A stretch of DNA of 64,000 nucleotides from Azolla caroliniana (GCA_043228905.1 JBHGNT010000012.1:20026001-20090000); one strand, 5' to 3'. Numbered from the stretch's first letter, positions 25,017 to 41,280 are shown. Notes: generated from the letters alone by a model not told the origin. Translations and numbers: made by a program.

Positions 25017-26321
25017 GGCACTCTTTAGCTAATAGAGTTAACACCATGCTAGAATATATAGTGTTTTGCATTGTTCATTATTGTCCTTTTGTCCGTCCCT
25101 AGTGAGAACCCACTTGCCGTAGTTCGACCCATAATGCCTAAGACAACAAGATACATAAGCTAGCAACATGTCAGTTGTCCGATGAAATAAGTAAAACTTG
25201 GTAGATCCAACTTAACTATAAATAAAGAAGCATCCAAGCACAAGCCTATGTATGGAAGGACCTAATTAGCATGGTATGGGTCACATGGTATCTATTAAAT
25301 TTCAATCATTCACATTTTTCTAGGCTTGCATAATTATAAATAGAAGAGTACCTAAACGTAAGTCTATATATATGTAAAGACCTTTTATGGGTAGCATGAC
25401 ATTTATTAGAGGACAATCATTTGCTTTTCAAAGTAAAGTGATGAATGTGCCACCCCACCCTAGACAAACAACACATTCAAGAAGATAAATTGGGTGTTAT
25501 ACTCAAAGATGTTTGTTACACTAGAAACTATAAGTAACAAAAAAAACACATAATAACTCAAATAATAATATACATATATGAGAAACCCAACATATATTTA
25601 CTTATATATGCTACATAAAGCATTTTATAAATATGAGCCATTTAAGTTCTTTGGTGTTGCCAATAGTGAAGGTCATGTTTCTCCTAGTATACAAAGAAAG
25701 ATCACAACCAAACCGAGAAAATTTATTTTTTCTTTTTTCATCTGTCAAGTTGCACCATTCACATTGTAGGGTTTCATAAACGGGCTTCTATTTCTTTTTA
25801 ACACATTTCACATTCAAATGGACCTCTCAAATAGCAGCAAAATTTCTGTGTATGTTCACCTGAAGTATGCAATAACAATTCCTCTATTATACAATGGGCA
25901 TCTACAGCATCCCCTAATACAAATGTATAGCAAAATACTGTGCCAATGATACACAATAATATGACCGTGACTCGCAACCAAAATAAAAGATGTTGATGTT
26001 GCCCAATATACAAAAATATGTACTGACTAAAAGAATTGCAAAATAGATTGACAGAAAAATCGCAAAAGCTTCAATGAGTAAAAAAATACAGAATACATTG
26101 ACAGAGGAATCATAAAGCTTTGATGGAATTTACTCAACATTCTATGAGAATGTTGCTGTACAGTTAACAAAAAGAACTTAATAATGCTGACCTTTCACTA
26201 TGTTAATAGTAAAGCTTCAAGATAATGATCTCTATCATTCCTAAAATATTTCATGTTCATATGAGATGGAATAGACTATGTAAAGAATTTACAAAACATT
26301 ACACAAGCTTACACATTTTTT

Positions 26322-29300
26322 CTACTTTTTTGGGGCTATAAATGCCCTACCCTTCACGATGTGTTCCCAACCGATCATTTGCTCACAAATATCACATTTC
26401 ACATATGCATTATTCTTTATATCCGAATTTACTAGTAGTTCAGCGTGGACTTTAGTTGAGCAACTAGAACGCAGTCCTCCTTGGACTCGATTGGCCCAAC
26501 TGTTTTGTACACAGGTCATAGTACATTGCGTACTAGGTTCGGACTCACCATCTACCCAATCAGGAATCGTGTTCTCGGTTATTCTTTTGAACTTCTCCCA
26601 TGCTAGATCTTGCTCTTCCAATGTAAGCTTTTCTTCCTCCCTATCTTCCAGTAATGTATCATGTTGATGTATCCTCACTATCCACCTACAACATGCCACA
26701 ACGATACATCATCACTCAGTGTATGCTTATCTTAGATCTTTCTACATCAATATCAAGAATACATATAAAAAATCTTGATACATCATCAACAACAATACAT
26801 ATCACAAATAAACAATACATCAGCATCAATAATACATATCACAAAGATAAAAGCAAATCATTTGAACAGATTTTGAGGATATTCCCTTTTATAAGGAAAA
26901 AACATAACATGGATTTACTAGCTGTGCACAAAATTAATAAGAATTTGTAGGGTGCCATAATTCAAGGATATTTCGTACTTGGGCGAATGATCGACCATCA
27001 ACTTTCTCATAATATCATCCTCTGGAGCATCCTGATCTGAGCAATGAACACCGAGATCATTACTATTACTACTGCACATCTCATTTGATCCATCTTCCAT
27101 ATTCTGCTTCTCCGAAAACTCCACCACATCATCATCCAACTTGAATAGAATCTTCAGTTCTTCCATTTTTGAATGCCGTTCAACTTGTTGGGCATCCAAA
27201 ACTCTTGCAGCTAAACCTTCTTTTGCCACCTAGAGAACATAGATGTGAGTATAATCAGATATGGAAATTACTGATTCAATTTTAGCTTGTTGTTGGGTTT
27301 ACAATAGAATAGAATGCATGAAAGGCATTTCCAATATAATCATTGTTGTTGATATATAGTGTTCTTACCTGCCGTTTGTAAATTTTCTCCTCAGCTGTGC
27401 CATATGCTAACAGTCGGTATACGAACACTGGCTTCTTCTGACCAAATCTGAAGAGCAATCATTTCGAAACACGTCAACAAAAATCACCATTTTGTATGAG
27501 ACTTAGCGCTCGAAACTAAACGTTACTGCATATCTAACTGTTAGGCTAAGTATATATGTATCACGCACCATCTATTGACAATTTCTCCAAAACGTACGGT
27601 TTCACAAATACATTCAGATTTTGTCCAGTGTGAGACATTAGTTACCTCCATGCTCGAAACAGTGCTTGTATGTCATGTGTGGGATTCCAAGACCCATCTA
27701 CAATCACAACCCTATTAGCAGCTTGTAGATTGATGCCAAGAGATCCAGCTTTCGTAGATATCAAAACACATTGAACCTTGAAGTTTGTTGGGTCATTAAA
27801 ACGCTTCACCAATTTCTGTCGATCTCTTGCTTTGGTATGACCATCAAGTCTGCGAAACATTAAAAGCCATAAAATGAAAGTGATATTTGAAATAGACACA
27901 ATAAGCAATCATTGAACACAAAATAATATGCCCAAGAGTGATGCAGCATATCTTCGCATTGAATACAATTGTTCTTATTACTCAAAACGACCATAGTACC
28001 TTCATACTGATTCCTGGGTAAGAACCTAATCAGCTCAACCAGAATCTTAAAATAACTGTCTTAATCAGACAAAATTTATTACTGCTCTTCCTATCTACTG
28101 ACAACTCCCAGTGCAACAACAAAAGCAACAAGTTCAAATGTGGCAATTTCCTACGAGAGATGGATAGTATTTCCTTTGGAATAAGCATTGTACTGCAAAC
28201 TGAAAACAAATGTCACTATAATTCTGGACAATTCTCATTTTCAAATTTGCAATATACCTGTACCACTCCTTATCTTTTCGCCAAAATCCAACTTTTCCTC
28301 CTGGTCGAGGAATTTTTCCAAGAAAGCTTTCAATAAGATTTAAAGTTGGAAGGCTTTGACTAAAGACAAGAACCTTTTCAGACTTGGCTGAGCTCATTGA
28401 CAGGATGTGTAAAAGCAAAACAAACTTCCCGCTGTTTTCCAAGACCTCATGATCCATGTCATTAATCAAGTCCTTGCACCAGTCAAAGCTCTCAATCTAT
28501 CACAATAACGAAGGATTAGCTTTGGTTCTTTTATCTTTAGGATACAACGATCCAAAAGCGAATGAAGCTTACTATCCTCATAATATCTGATTCCATCCTT
28601 TTGGAAGCTTTTTGACTCGTCCTTTTATCTACAAAAACATGTAGATAAGAAACTGATTATCCGATTCTCTGAGAAAATATCTTTTTCCTAGCAAAAAGAA
28701 ATTACAATCTGGATGGTGCAAAGCATGTTCAAATGTCTGAAGTCTGTATCTTTTGTAAATAACTCCATTTCATCTCCACACAATTATGATGTGTGTGTGT
28801 ATACACATACATACGATTAGGGCAAATGGAACAGTCCAGAACAAGGGCCCTCAAGACCATTGGCATAGTTTATAGATAAAATTGAAAGTTTTAACATTCG
28901 GTATTATGTAACACACTGATGAATGTGGTAAGCACCATTACAAATATATATATATACAGATACATCGTATGGTAACCTGGGAGTTTCAGATGAAATGGAA
29001 TGTTAGGGTTAGGTCAAGAGGAACAATCCAGAACAAGGCCCCCCCAGACAATTGGCATAGTTTATAGATAATTTAAGAATTGACCATTCTGAATTATGCC
29101 ATGATGTGATACACTGATGAATGTGCTAAACATCATTAGGAAATTAAATGAAGAATAATTGGATAGCTGGAATTATTTCCCATTAATTATACCAACTAAA
29201 ATCAAAGTATACTACCAACTAAAATGATTGATCAAATTATGCCGATGGATTGATTCAGATGACGTTTATATAATTCTAATAATAAGTGGGATGAAGATTT

Positions 29301-32300
29301 GATAATTAGCAGGTGCACAGGCAGTCATTCTGATCATTGATGGAACTTCATGTAATACTACACGAGTAAAATAGTACATCTCAAACGTTTGCCACAGAAG
29401 AGACCATATACCATCTCTCTCTCCCTTGTGCACATTCAATAGAAAGAATAAACAGTGCTATTGAAATTGAATGGAGACTATTTACATATATGTATTGCAT
29501 GAGTTGTTCCAACATTATTTTGCCTACAGCCTCAATAACCAGAAACCACTTTACCTAGCTTTTTTAGGCCATTGCTTTCATCCTCACTGGAGAGTCCATC
29601 TTCAGACAAAATGTCATCCATACTATCTTCACTCAGCACATCCTTTTCTTCCTTTGCCAGAATTAACAGATTCGGATGGTTCCACACCTGAAATACAACA
29701 TTAACTAGATTCTAAATACATACCTGCATATAAAAATAGGTAGAACACGCTAGCCAGTAGATGTTACCTTTGCGAGAGCATGATATGTTGGAAACAGACA
29801 TTTGCGATACTTCGCAGCTAAGGGAGGCTGTTCATTAGAAAGCCAAAAATACTGTACAAATCTATTGTACAACGCACGTTGCAACAGTGAAAGTCTGACA
29901 GATAGAACATATATAATTTTCTTCGGAAGCTCTTTCTCGACAACATTTACGCCCTTTCTTTGCACAAACCCCATTAACTGTTTGTGTAGCACATGTGTTC
30001 GTTCTTTCATACATCTAACATCATATTCAGTTGAATCTGCATGCTGACCATTTTCAATTGGATTTTGGAACCTGAACAGATATTTCGATCCTCAGTTTTT
30101 TTTTTAAGTTGTTTGATAAAACATATTGCAGTCTTACTGAAGGATTCACCTATTTTTGAAATCTTGAGGCCTTCCTAGAAATCCTTCTCTTACAAAATCA
30201 ACCATCTGGAAAATCCATCAAACTAATTGTTTCAAGGAATTCCTTATCAACTTCTTGTTACAGTAACTAAAACATGCTTACACAATAGTATTCCATCAGG
30301 TTATTTTGCAGTGGTGATCCAGTGAGTGCAATACGCCTCTGAGTCTTGACTTGCTTTAATGCCTGAGTGATATCAGCCTTCTTGTTCTTTATCATGTGAG
30401 CCTCATCACAGACAAGTATATCTGGACCAGGATTCTGCCACATGATTTATAAGATTAAGGGAAGAATTGGACTTTAATTTATTATTAGCCAACCTATGCT
30501 ATTCCACTAATTAGGCATATCTACAGGTATCAACTAACACAGTATTCAACAGTCTCAATCAAGAATTTTCACAGGCTATTAAAAGCAATGGACACAAATT
30601 GTTGTAGCTGGAATGTGTGTGTGCTATATCAATGTTATGAATCTTACGAATCATTTAATGTATATCAGAATAACAATGTAGCCCAATTCTGAAGGAAGTG
30701 CTAAGTGACTTAGGTCTCAAAATGGAAACAGTAAATATTCCGAATACCTGCAGTGATATGTCTACTGCCTCCCTCTCAAAGTCATCTTTAATATGTTTCG
30801 CTGATGACATTGTCCGGAATGCAGTATACCCAATCATCATAACTCCACCAGTTTTTTTCCATAAATTCAACAAATCTTTTCTCAAGTTCCTGCATGAAGT
30901 AACAATAACATGAACTTCTGATGATAAGCAAACAGTAATAGTTCCCCAATCACCACAAGGAATGCCTCCAAAACACTAGAAGTAAGACATGACTTTCCAA
31001 ATCCATCAGTGCTTGCGATAGAGAGAAAAATAAAGACACGACTTTCCAAATCCATCAGCATTTGCGATACAGTGAAAACTAGGCCACGCAATCTATGTAC
31101 ATAAACTAACAAAATCAATTGGGTCCCCTTACCATGTCTTTCTTATGAGCAATGGGCTTGTGTTAACTGTACCTAAAGGTTCCTCAGAATCACATGTGGC
31201 CTAATCCTGAAGTAAAGACTTACAAAGATACCTCATGGTCCCACAAGAAAATCTCGGCCATAATGAAAATTTTACACAGCCACCACAGGAAAATCATCTC
31301 ATTCAGGATGCTGAGTAGAGCTGTGCCCTATACCATATAAGACTTCCAAGAGTAAAATCAAAGAAACAGGATGAGTGCCCCCAACCTGCAACAAGAGCAT
31401 GCCATCTTTTCTCTGCTGCATTGAAAGAGCAATCCAACTCACACAGTACAGTTTTTGACATATTTCCCTATGTCCATGAAAATCAGTATTTTGATGTTTT
31501 ATTATTACATTCGGAATTTCATCATATCATTGAGATGACATTTTGTTCAAAATAAAACCGTTCATAGCCATAAACATATAACCGTGCACACACACATATA
31601 TACACACTCAAAATCAAGATTAAGAGTGAAAAACTAATAAGCATGCTTTCGAGATCTATGTGGGCTGAGGTTATAGCTTGCCAGAAAAAACTACAATTCA
31701 TGAATTGCTTATGAAAGTAGGAATTAAGATATTTTGAATTTGATAAAGCAATTGAGATGAGTTTATATGTAAGCAAAAAGCTCCCGGACATAAACAAGTA
31801 AAGATACCTGCTTACTTCATCCAGAACATAGACACGTATTTTTTTACACTCCGGAGGTTTCCACTTCTCAAATTCATCTGGCCAATTATGTAATACATTG
31901 ACAGGTGTCACTATCAAGGCTGTCCTTAAACCCAGATCTTTCCTCTTCAGTACCGTATATAAGAAGGCAATCACCTGCAGGCAAGTTTCTACTTAAGCGT
32001 ATGCCCACCAATCAAGAAATTCTTCAGAACTTTCAGAGCAAAGATATATTAGAATTGTAGATACAAAATAATTAACACGCTTACTTCTCAAAACATGTTA
32101 CCTGTAATGTTTTACCAAGACCCATGTTGTGTGCCAATATGCAGCCATTTCCTGGATCTCCTGATTTAACTTTCTTCACAGACTCAATGCAGTTCTCCCA
32201 CATAAACCGCACACCTTCAATCTGCACAAACACTGATAAATTTTGAAAAAGGAAACAATAGATGTTACACTGCATATGTATCCCTTTTACTCTATTTACA

Positions 32301-35300
32301 GTTACATTGTCATTACAGCACAATCAGAATAGCCTCTTCATATGTGATCACTGGTGATAAATCGCTGCTAGTGGTTTAGAGGTTATAAACTGGCCATTAT
32401 GTTGAAAGCGGGAAACTAGGATGAGAAGATTATTTTCAAACAGATTCAGTTGGGGTTTCACAAAACCAGCAAATTACAATAAAAGGTTTAGGCTAGAATT
32501 AAGATAGATAAATGTTTCAGGCTTAGATATGTATATGCATACATGCCGCTCGAAGCAGGATTTTGAACATGAGAATATGCAGGTTAAATGAAACCAATTC
32601 ATCCTAAAAGAATATGAGTTATAAAAATAAATGGAGAGAAGATTCAATTGGGGTTTTACAAAACCGACAAATTACAAAAAAAGAGAGATAAATGGTTCAG
32701 GCTTAGATATGCATACAAAGACGATATGAGTTATAAGAATTAATCAAGAGAAGATTCAGTTGAGGTTTTACAAAACCGAAAAAGTACAAAAAAAAGAGAT
32801 AGATGGTTCAGGCTTAGACATGCATACACATACATATACCCAATGCCAGCTTCACAAACATGTATTTCTATTCTCACTCAGTGTTTCTGCTGAACAATAA
32901 TGTGATATTCGATTACATGCACCTAATATGCAGTTACTTGAATGCGTTTGCTTCTTGTTTGTCTGTCTGCTTAACGTTTTAGAAGTTCATTTTCCTCTAG
33001 AAAGTTTCGTTTGTACCATCCAGTTGAGCCAATCCAGACCAAATGAAACCAAAATTAGTTTGATATTTAAGTCTACTTTCTGGCTGAGATTGAATTGGGT
33101 GCAGTAATCAAATTTCTGGGAACTGGTCAAAAATATGTAATTGCACTGTGAAGTTTAAGAATTTGGATGATTCCACCATCACAAAATGCATGTAGAATTT
33201 CTAGTACGAAAACATAACTCTTCTAAATATCAAGTATAAGTCAAAGGTAAGGTATTAAAGACAGGCTTTTTTACATTTAATCCAACAGACTTACATCGAT
33301 GCATATAGTCATACTTAGCTCTTTTCAGAGGTCAATGCTAGAGAATTTTCCTTGGTTTCTTAATGACAGAGACTTCATGTGGATGCTGCAAATAATATCA
33401 GCATTGAAACATAAATTGTTTGCTTTGTATTATTAAAGTGGAGCATATTCTAGGTGGACTCCAGGTTCTATTCTATTCCACCAATGTCCATGATAAAAAA
33501 GGAGTCCATGTTATTTGACAAAACGTAAGTACAATCAAAGCACAGATAGAAAACTAACCTGATGAGGTTTTAAGAATTTTGCAATTCCGAAAGGAATTAA
33601 AACCTCCTCCTCATCTGCATCCCTTGCAACATTGATCGGACATTCTTGCATTGAGGAGCTCATTGGCAATACGCTGCTATTTGTAGCAGATTCACGCAAC
33701 CTAGCCAATCGCTCCTTTCTCTCCTATTTGACCATTTAAAATCATTGTTCAGCCAATAAGAGAGTCGTTGTGAAGTAAAATAAATCAAAGTTCAAATAAT
33801 ATACAACATGTACACATATTTTATGAATTCCTGTAGGCTCTGGAACTCACAAACAAACCCCATGTCAAATCCACAATTGCTTAGGTTCAATTGTGTTTCC
33901 AGGAAAAAATTCTATATTTCATCATGTTTAATACTCCATTTTGGGAATCTTAAAACCATTTGCATAAATCTTACGTAAAAGTACTCACAACCATCTCAAG
34001 CTTTCTGATTTGAACATCTTCATTACAAAACATTGAAGGCCACTAAGAAAACAGAGCATGTATCCCTCTATTTCTAGACATTTATGCCAAGGAATGCCAC
34101 TGCGCACTTTCAAAATACTCTGATGTACTCAAATTTGGCCAATCTCTTAGGCAGTGATAGGTGTCTTTGTTTCTTTCCATCAACAATAGTTCAAGGATGT
34201 TAATTTCATCAAAGTTATCTAATTTCCTCTTGTCACTTCCTGGCAGATGCAGGTGGCTTTTGATACAAGGAGACACTTGCAATATTAAGTAACTTTGGGA
34301 ATTTGTACACACAAACAAGCAAGACAAACCTTCCAACACCTTGTGGGGAAGAAGAAGAGATCATATTTGGCTAAATTGAACCACATGTGTACCGTTTGTT
34401 CCTCGGACAAGAAAGTAAAAAAGCATGGAAAATGTTCGATGAGTAGCAACCTACCACACAACTGACCTCGCCTCAGGGGTTGCATGAATATGAAAATGTA
34501 CTATATGTTATCCCCATGCGGCTCACACCCACATGAATCCACCATTTTTACTCCACAAAATGTAAGAAAGGAAATTTATCAGTTGCAATTTGATAAGGCC
34601 CAAGATCATGATGGCTTGGTACATTAGCACTTTATCTATGATCGACACACCTTGCTCCCGTTGTTAGCACATACCTTTAATAGAGCTATATGTGAAGGAT
34701 TCCCTACTAGCTGGATAGAACATACCTTTGTGCCAATCTTCAAGAGTGTAGACTGATGATGGCAAGCAATTATAGGAAAATCATGATTGGACATTAATTC
34801 ACAAAACTATATGGCTCAATCCTAGAGTCAGAATTGTTTGTATGGGCAGAGAGGAATGGTTGCTGTTCAGCTGGAAAAATGGACTTTCCTAAGGTTTTCA
34901 CGACTTTGAATCACATACCACAGAGGGCAGAGCCCAAGGATTTATTGCTCCTTGGTGGATTTCCAAAAAGCCTTTCACATTCTACCACATGCACAGCGCA
35001 TGCAGCGGCTAGACACCCTTGGTATCCCCATAGATATAATACAATGGGGAATCTATGCAATGTTTGAATCCATTTCAGAAAAAGTGTGATCTCCCAATGG
35101 GTTATTAGCAGCTGTGGCTAGCACAATTGGAATAAAATAAGGATGCTCACTATCACCACTCTCTTCAGCCTCTAGATGAATGAGGTATCGCATTACATAG
35201 AGTGATTTGGTGGTCTGGGACCATGCCTAGCATGTATAGTTATACAGAAATTACAATATGCTTATAAAATCGTGCTAATCTCCTAATCTCAAGAACAAAA

Positions 35301-38300
35301 AAGACATCTAAACACCTTAACCATTTTACAAAGGTTTGTCGGTAAGCCTAGATAAAAGTGACGATGCTTAACACCAATCAAGCATGGGTAACGAGGTTAG
35401 AACCAGAATTTTTTGGACAGGAAAAAGATATGCACAATCCTACACATACCTAGAAATAACATTTATATGGCCTGAGTTCTCCTTATGGGAAGCTGCTTGT
35501 GCTTGACTTTCTCGTGGATATGCAGCCTTTGATTCTCTTGAGAGACAACGTGCACATTATCCGTAGAACATGAGCATCGTGCGGATTTTCACAGGAATAA
35601 ATTATGACTAAGCTATTGCGAGCTTTCTTAAATGCATGAAAGGTTTCCTCTTCTAATAGCATGATCTGTAATTCAAACACTGATGCCATACTCTAAAACT
35701 CCAATCAAATTTATTACAATTAACTAATCCATGAATATAAGGTATAATACCCTTTCAAGCTTTTGTTTGAGTATAGTAGACTCTTCAAGCTCATCATCAT
35801 CCAAAATTCTGCGGAGCCTTTTACGTCGTCTCTCATTTGTTCTGCATAAGACAATACAGATCACCAAATAGAAGGCATGTATATAAGAGACAGATATCCA
35901 TAAAATATTAGCCCAAATGCATCATGTTGCAAAACTTTCATCATCACTCTTAAACATTAACAGATAATGCAAGCTCTCGTAACATCTGTGAGGGGAACAA
36001 TGCTATCTTACATGCGTACTACTTATCCCATATATCGTGATGGCCTAGAATTCGTAACATACACACTATTTAAGAGGCAACACCTAACTGAATGAATAGC
36101 AGATGGCCTAAACTATTTTAACTCTGTGTGTGGCTAGCGATACTCCTCCATATCAAGTTTCAGATCTCAAAAACCCTCCATCAACTGTTAGTCCGTCACT
36201 AATACACGCATACAATGACCTTGCTTTATCGAAGGCAAAAACTCATATGTGAATACTGATGTTCTTGGTGGTTTAACAGCATTCACAATATCAACTACAA
36301 GTAGCATTCTCAGTGGTACAACCAAATCAAGCTATTGAAAATCAATTAAACAGTATTCTGATTCTCATTCAACATTTGGACAGTAAGAAACCCCAACATC
36401 TATCCATACCTCAATTCAAAATGATCATCATCATCCAAACCACCAAAGTTTGATGATGAAAGCTCATTTGCTTTCCTGAAAGATTCTATTTTAGGCTTCA
36501 TTACTTCATTATTGCAGCAGTAACATATCCATTCTTCGGTAGACATAATTCTTTCAAGCTCCCCTGCCCCAAAATTGAGGGTTATGCATTCACTACAAAA
36601 AACTTTATCACAGTGTTCACACATAATTACATTTCCACCGCATGCACACCAGCAGCATTCATTATATGATCCCGTTGAATCCTGCAAAAGACAAGGTATG
36701 TGATAAAGCTTTATAAATATATAAAGAACTCCAACACTTTATGAATTAAGCAATAAAATATCCACTTTTAACCTTAGTAAATCGAGCCTTTGAATATGAC
36801 TGTCTGCAAGACCGGCAAACAATAACAGATAAAAAAGGGTGCTTGTGCACCTGATGACAGTGTAACTTCTCGCCACAAACTGTACACATGAAGTCTGTGT
36901 CCCCCTCTTTAGAAATGATGGCAAGAGCATTACCATCTTGGCATAAATTGAAGCCATGTGGGACAATTGCAAGTTCTCTGCTTACTTCAATGTCCTTGCA
37001 GAAAGACTTCCCTTTATTATCAATCTCCATTGGAAAATTACTCATACCCATAGATGTTCTAGTTTTGTGTACACCATTCTCATCTGGGAAACTAAATTGA
37101 TTTCCTTCTTGGCAATATGCTGGTTTCCTTACTTCTTTTGGAACTTGCTCTTCATCACTCTCAATGTTGATGATAATTCTGTCGTTTCTCAAACAGAAAC
37201 TGGAATCTTCACCTGTTTTGCACATTTGTGATGGTTCCTGCAGAACATCCTAATTCAAGAACAGAAACCTTAAGAGCATATAAAAGCATCACACTTTCTT
37301 ATTCACTGCCATTTGTCTAATATTGCCTAACATATACCATTTGTGAGAGCTTGACACCTCCATTTGATGCAGCGTTTGAAGCCTTGGTCTGCTCATTAGC
37401 ACCTTCATCAAACTTTTTTTGAGAACAAATTAGATTAGCTATTTTTACCAAAAACTCAAGCAGTTACCAAATCATACAAAGGCTTTCAAACCTTAGTTTT
37501 CTTCTTCCGCTTGCGCTGCAATATAAAACGGTCGATTATTCTTGTTTTCTTGATATCCTCCTCTTCCCCAACCTGTCAGAAATTATTCATTGCATGATAA
37601 CCGTAAGCAAACAATGTTTTAACACTCATATACATATCAAAAGACAAGAGGTTAAACATATACTTTTCATATACCTTCCGGATATTTCTTTTTTGTTGCT
37701 CTGTAAATCCAATTTCCTTTTCACTGGCTATGGCTGCCGCAGTAAGAAAGTCTTTCTTACACTTATCCAGGTCTATTATTTCTTCTACCTGCAAAAGAAC
37801 ATGCAAAAAACTAATAAGTTTTGCACATAAACAAAGTTGCACAACATTTTGGTTTGCAAAGTTATCAATCAATTTTCCACATTAACTTTGAGAGCAATTT
37901 GTAGCAATTAAATTCAGAAAAAAAAAATCACAGATAATCAACTGTCCTAGCGATCCACAAGCAAGCAACATAAAGGGGATGGAATGAATGAGTTAAATAA
38001 CTGTATCATCAAAAGCCACACATATACATACATCATCAATCCTTGTTAGACAAGCTCCATTAATAAATAAAGGCATCCCTAATGGTGGGGGTTGAATCCG
38101 GAAATATATATATGCATAGTTGCTATTGCAACTGAAATGTAAGGGATCAACATTGGCAGAAATGGGGAGAACATGATCCCAAATGTTAAAAATGAGGTTC
38201 CTTTTTATTAATACACTGCTCATACAACCTTCAAAATAGCTAAGATACATGTCAAATTTATAGAAATGCATTGATCAAGGAGACAAAGAAGAAAAATCAT

Positions 38301-40272
38301 AAATAGATACAATGAGAAATTCATTAGCTGAGGTAGTTTGAGAAGAAATGCTAAAATCAGATAGGTTGGAAAAGATTATTTCATTTCTAATGACATAATA
38401 ATTGCAAATAACTTAAATATATAGCTAGGTAAGGCAACCAGTATTACTTTGTCCGCTCCAGGTACACCAAGGAGTGCCGCTTGCTCTGGTGTAGCAGCAA
38501 GATACACAGAGGCCCATGACTTGGTTCCAAAGCCACTCCACTTTTCTATCTCTCCTCCACTCTCAAATAGATCATCCATAGACTCCCATCCATCATTACC
38601 CTCTGCTTCCATCTTTGAGGTAGCCGAAGTAGAACCATCTAAAATCCTTTTCCTTAGAAACCCACTAGCTCCTTCTTCCATAGACTTTCCATGATGCCTT
38701 CAAAGTTCCAACATAACAAATTTTGATTTCACCAAAATGAAAACGAAAGGTATATTAATGTCTCTAAAAAACCATAACGACCTACATGACCTAACAAAGA
38801 TTACAATTGATGATGTTCACTTGCCATTACGAGTAGCAAAAGAGAAATCTCTTTCTACTCTAGCATCCTAAAGTTCAACAGCTTGAATATATGCAATAAT
38901 GAATGACTAATGTACATAGAAAGGAAGAAAGACTATATTCATGTCTCCTAGAGAGACATCTGGCCTATGAGATCCAAAAATATCACAATCACAATGTTAT
39001 GCAATACCTCATATTTTAAAAGAATACTCATCATTGAAGGAAGAAAGTACTTCTTTGAAGTGTGAATCACCTTTTCACTGGTCTACGAAGATTCAGATCT
39101 TGTTCAGCTTTTCTAATGGCAGTAGAAACTTCATCACTGGCATTCAACCCAGCCCAGTGAGTCCTTTTCCATGCTTCTGTACTACAACCTTGAGGTGCTT
39201 GTTTCTCGATCCATTTGAAAAGATCCGAAAGATCTACTCCAGCTGCATCAAGACTTTCCTATGAACACTTACAAGTTAATGATGGTGGAAGAATAGTTAA
39301 CCTTTAGACCATACTCAAAAACAAAATAAAGTTAAATCTCTCATTGGTAAACTAACTTGTAGAAGGCTGCTCTGATCTTCCAACTCATCAAGTGTTTCTT
39401 GCCATTGCTCTATGTAGGTGTGCATCTCCTCATCAACAGCTGTATCAAGCTTCTTTTTGCCAAAAGATCGACCAAGACAATTTAATATGATGAAAATGTG
39501 GATATCTTCCCAAAAAATCCTATAGAGTTCAATAATGTGATTTGTTCAACCTCATAATTAAGAACATTTGAAGAGAGTTCTTCCTTGATTTCAACCCTAA
39601 GAGCAGCTAAAGACTCTTCTTCAAGCATTTCCTGAGCTTCAGCTGCCTGTTAACACAGGCATCTAGTTAATAATATTTTGAACTACATTAAAACAATTTC
39701 AAGAACAGGGTGCCAACAAACCTTGCTCTCAACTACCAAAAGTTCATCTATAAGATCTTGAACTTCATCGTCTGTAAAAGCAACCTACATTTGAGTGAAA
39801 CACATAATCAACATTCCAGCAATTCCCTTCGAGAATAAGCAACGACAATACAAAATCAACAGTTCAATGATTCTCTTCAGACATCAGCAATCCAACGATT
39901 TATTTCATGAGCAATAACAGAATCAACAGTTCAACGAATCTCTTCAGAAATCAGCAATCCAACAATTATTTCATGAATAGCAATGACATAGAAAACCACC
40001 TTCCTGATCATTTTCGTCATGAATAAGGATGCCTCAATACAAAATCCATGTTCCAATGATTCTCTTCATGAATAAGTAATGACATTACTAAATCAATGTT
40101 CTAATGATACTCTTCATGAGTAAGCAATGGAAATACAAAAGGATCCCTGAGTTAGATTAAATACCTCTACCGTAGAATCCTCCTCTTCAGATGAGTATGA
40201 ATCTTCATCAAACTCACTCTCCTCATCACTGGTCTTTGTTTCAAAATCTTCCGATTGTCCATCTTCATCCAT
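26322..40272 (-). CDS. ATRX: ATRX / CHROMATIN REMODELING 20 SNF2-family helicase (more than 20 coding exons)
   Basis: ATG at 40272 with an in-frame stop upstream. Plant ATRX N-terminus DELLVVESK|[43 protein letters not shown]; ADD zinc finger ([16 protein letters not shown]; [19 protein letters not shown], 36400-36970); helicase motifs [61 protein letters not shown]; stop at 26322. Confidence 0.93.
39835..40140. repeat. Degenerate intronic tandem repeat in ATRX (~55-80-bp unit); further intronic duplications at ~28815-29135 and ~32440-32830
   Basis: Recurring CAATACAAAATC..GTTCAATGATTCTCTTCA motif. Confidence 0.65.
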
Positions 40273-41029
40273 TTTCTCTTCAGTATGGCAGAAAACTCAT
40301 TTAACTGGTATTAGCATCAATTCACTGCAATTACAAAAATGTTGAGAAAAAGATGATGTAAAAACACTTAGTGGAATGTCCCCAAGGATAAACCAAGTTT
40401 TTATTAATCCAAAGATCTGGATTTGAATGTCACTAATTTATGAAATGAATACAGAGTGTAGGGATTGAACTCGTGATATCTTGAGGCAACATTCCAAAGT
40501 TGTGGATTTCTATTATCAAGGATGGTTGAAACTCTTTATACTAGAGATATGCAGATTTAAAGTGGCGTTCTTGAAGAGAAACAGATCAGTACGTAGAGAG
40601 TCTATACAAAGGCAGACGTCAGACTTTTTACAAACCAACCAACAAGCATCTCAAAGAAGGATAGCTGGCTCGGTTCAGATGCATGTAGAAATATGAGGAC
40701 TCAAATAGTAGAAGGTGCCTACACCAGAGAATATATGGTATCATAGCTCAAGACCAAACACGACCTACTTGTAGATTTTCACTATGGACGTCCAAAACAT
40801 GTATTGCCATCCTATAAGACTTCTCTCTCATAGACACTGGTATTCCACTCACTGCCTAGCTCTCCCAAATTTATTTTTTGTATCCCTGGCATAACACATC
40901 ATGTAGGTTGTAACCACGGTCCCTATATCACTGTGCTTTGATCATAGTGTTGTTTATATCAGGTGAATTCCCTATTTGAAGGTGGATGTAACTTCATTTC
41001 ATTTCATTTCATTTCCCTCTGTAATAGAC

Positions 41030-41280
41030 CTTATGATACCTTTGTGTTGATCTACAACTCTCTGAAGGGCCTACAAAGATATCTAGATGCTTTAAAGTCG
41101 TTTTGTACAGACAAGGATTTGTCAGTCAATCTTCAGAAAACCAAAGTCATAAACTTTAACACCATTCAAGCACGGATAACAAGATCAAACGAGGAATTCT
41201 TGGGAGAGAAAAGGTTGGCATACACACGATCCTATACATACCTAGGAGTAACATTATCAAGGCTTTGGTTCTTTAAGTGA
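41030..41280 (+). mobile_element. Non-LTR (LINE) reverse-transcriptase fragment in the ATRX 5' intron
   Basis: DTFVLIYNSLKGLQRYLDALKSFCTDKDLSVNLQKTKVINF...YTYLGVTL matches LINE RT domains 6-7 (LQ..LD.L..FC...L.VN..KTKV; Y.YLG). Confidence 0.7.

Noticed and set aside
40455-40530. SINE-like B-box (minus strand GAGTTCAATCCC) in the ATRX intron
   Set aside because: No convincing A-box, tail or TSD. It is a reminder that B-box-like words occur by chance or as relics.
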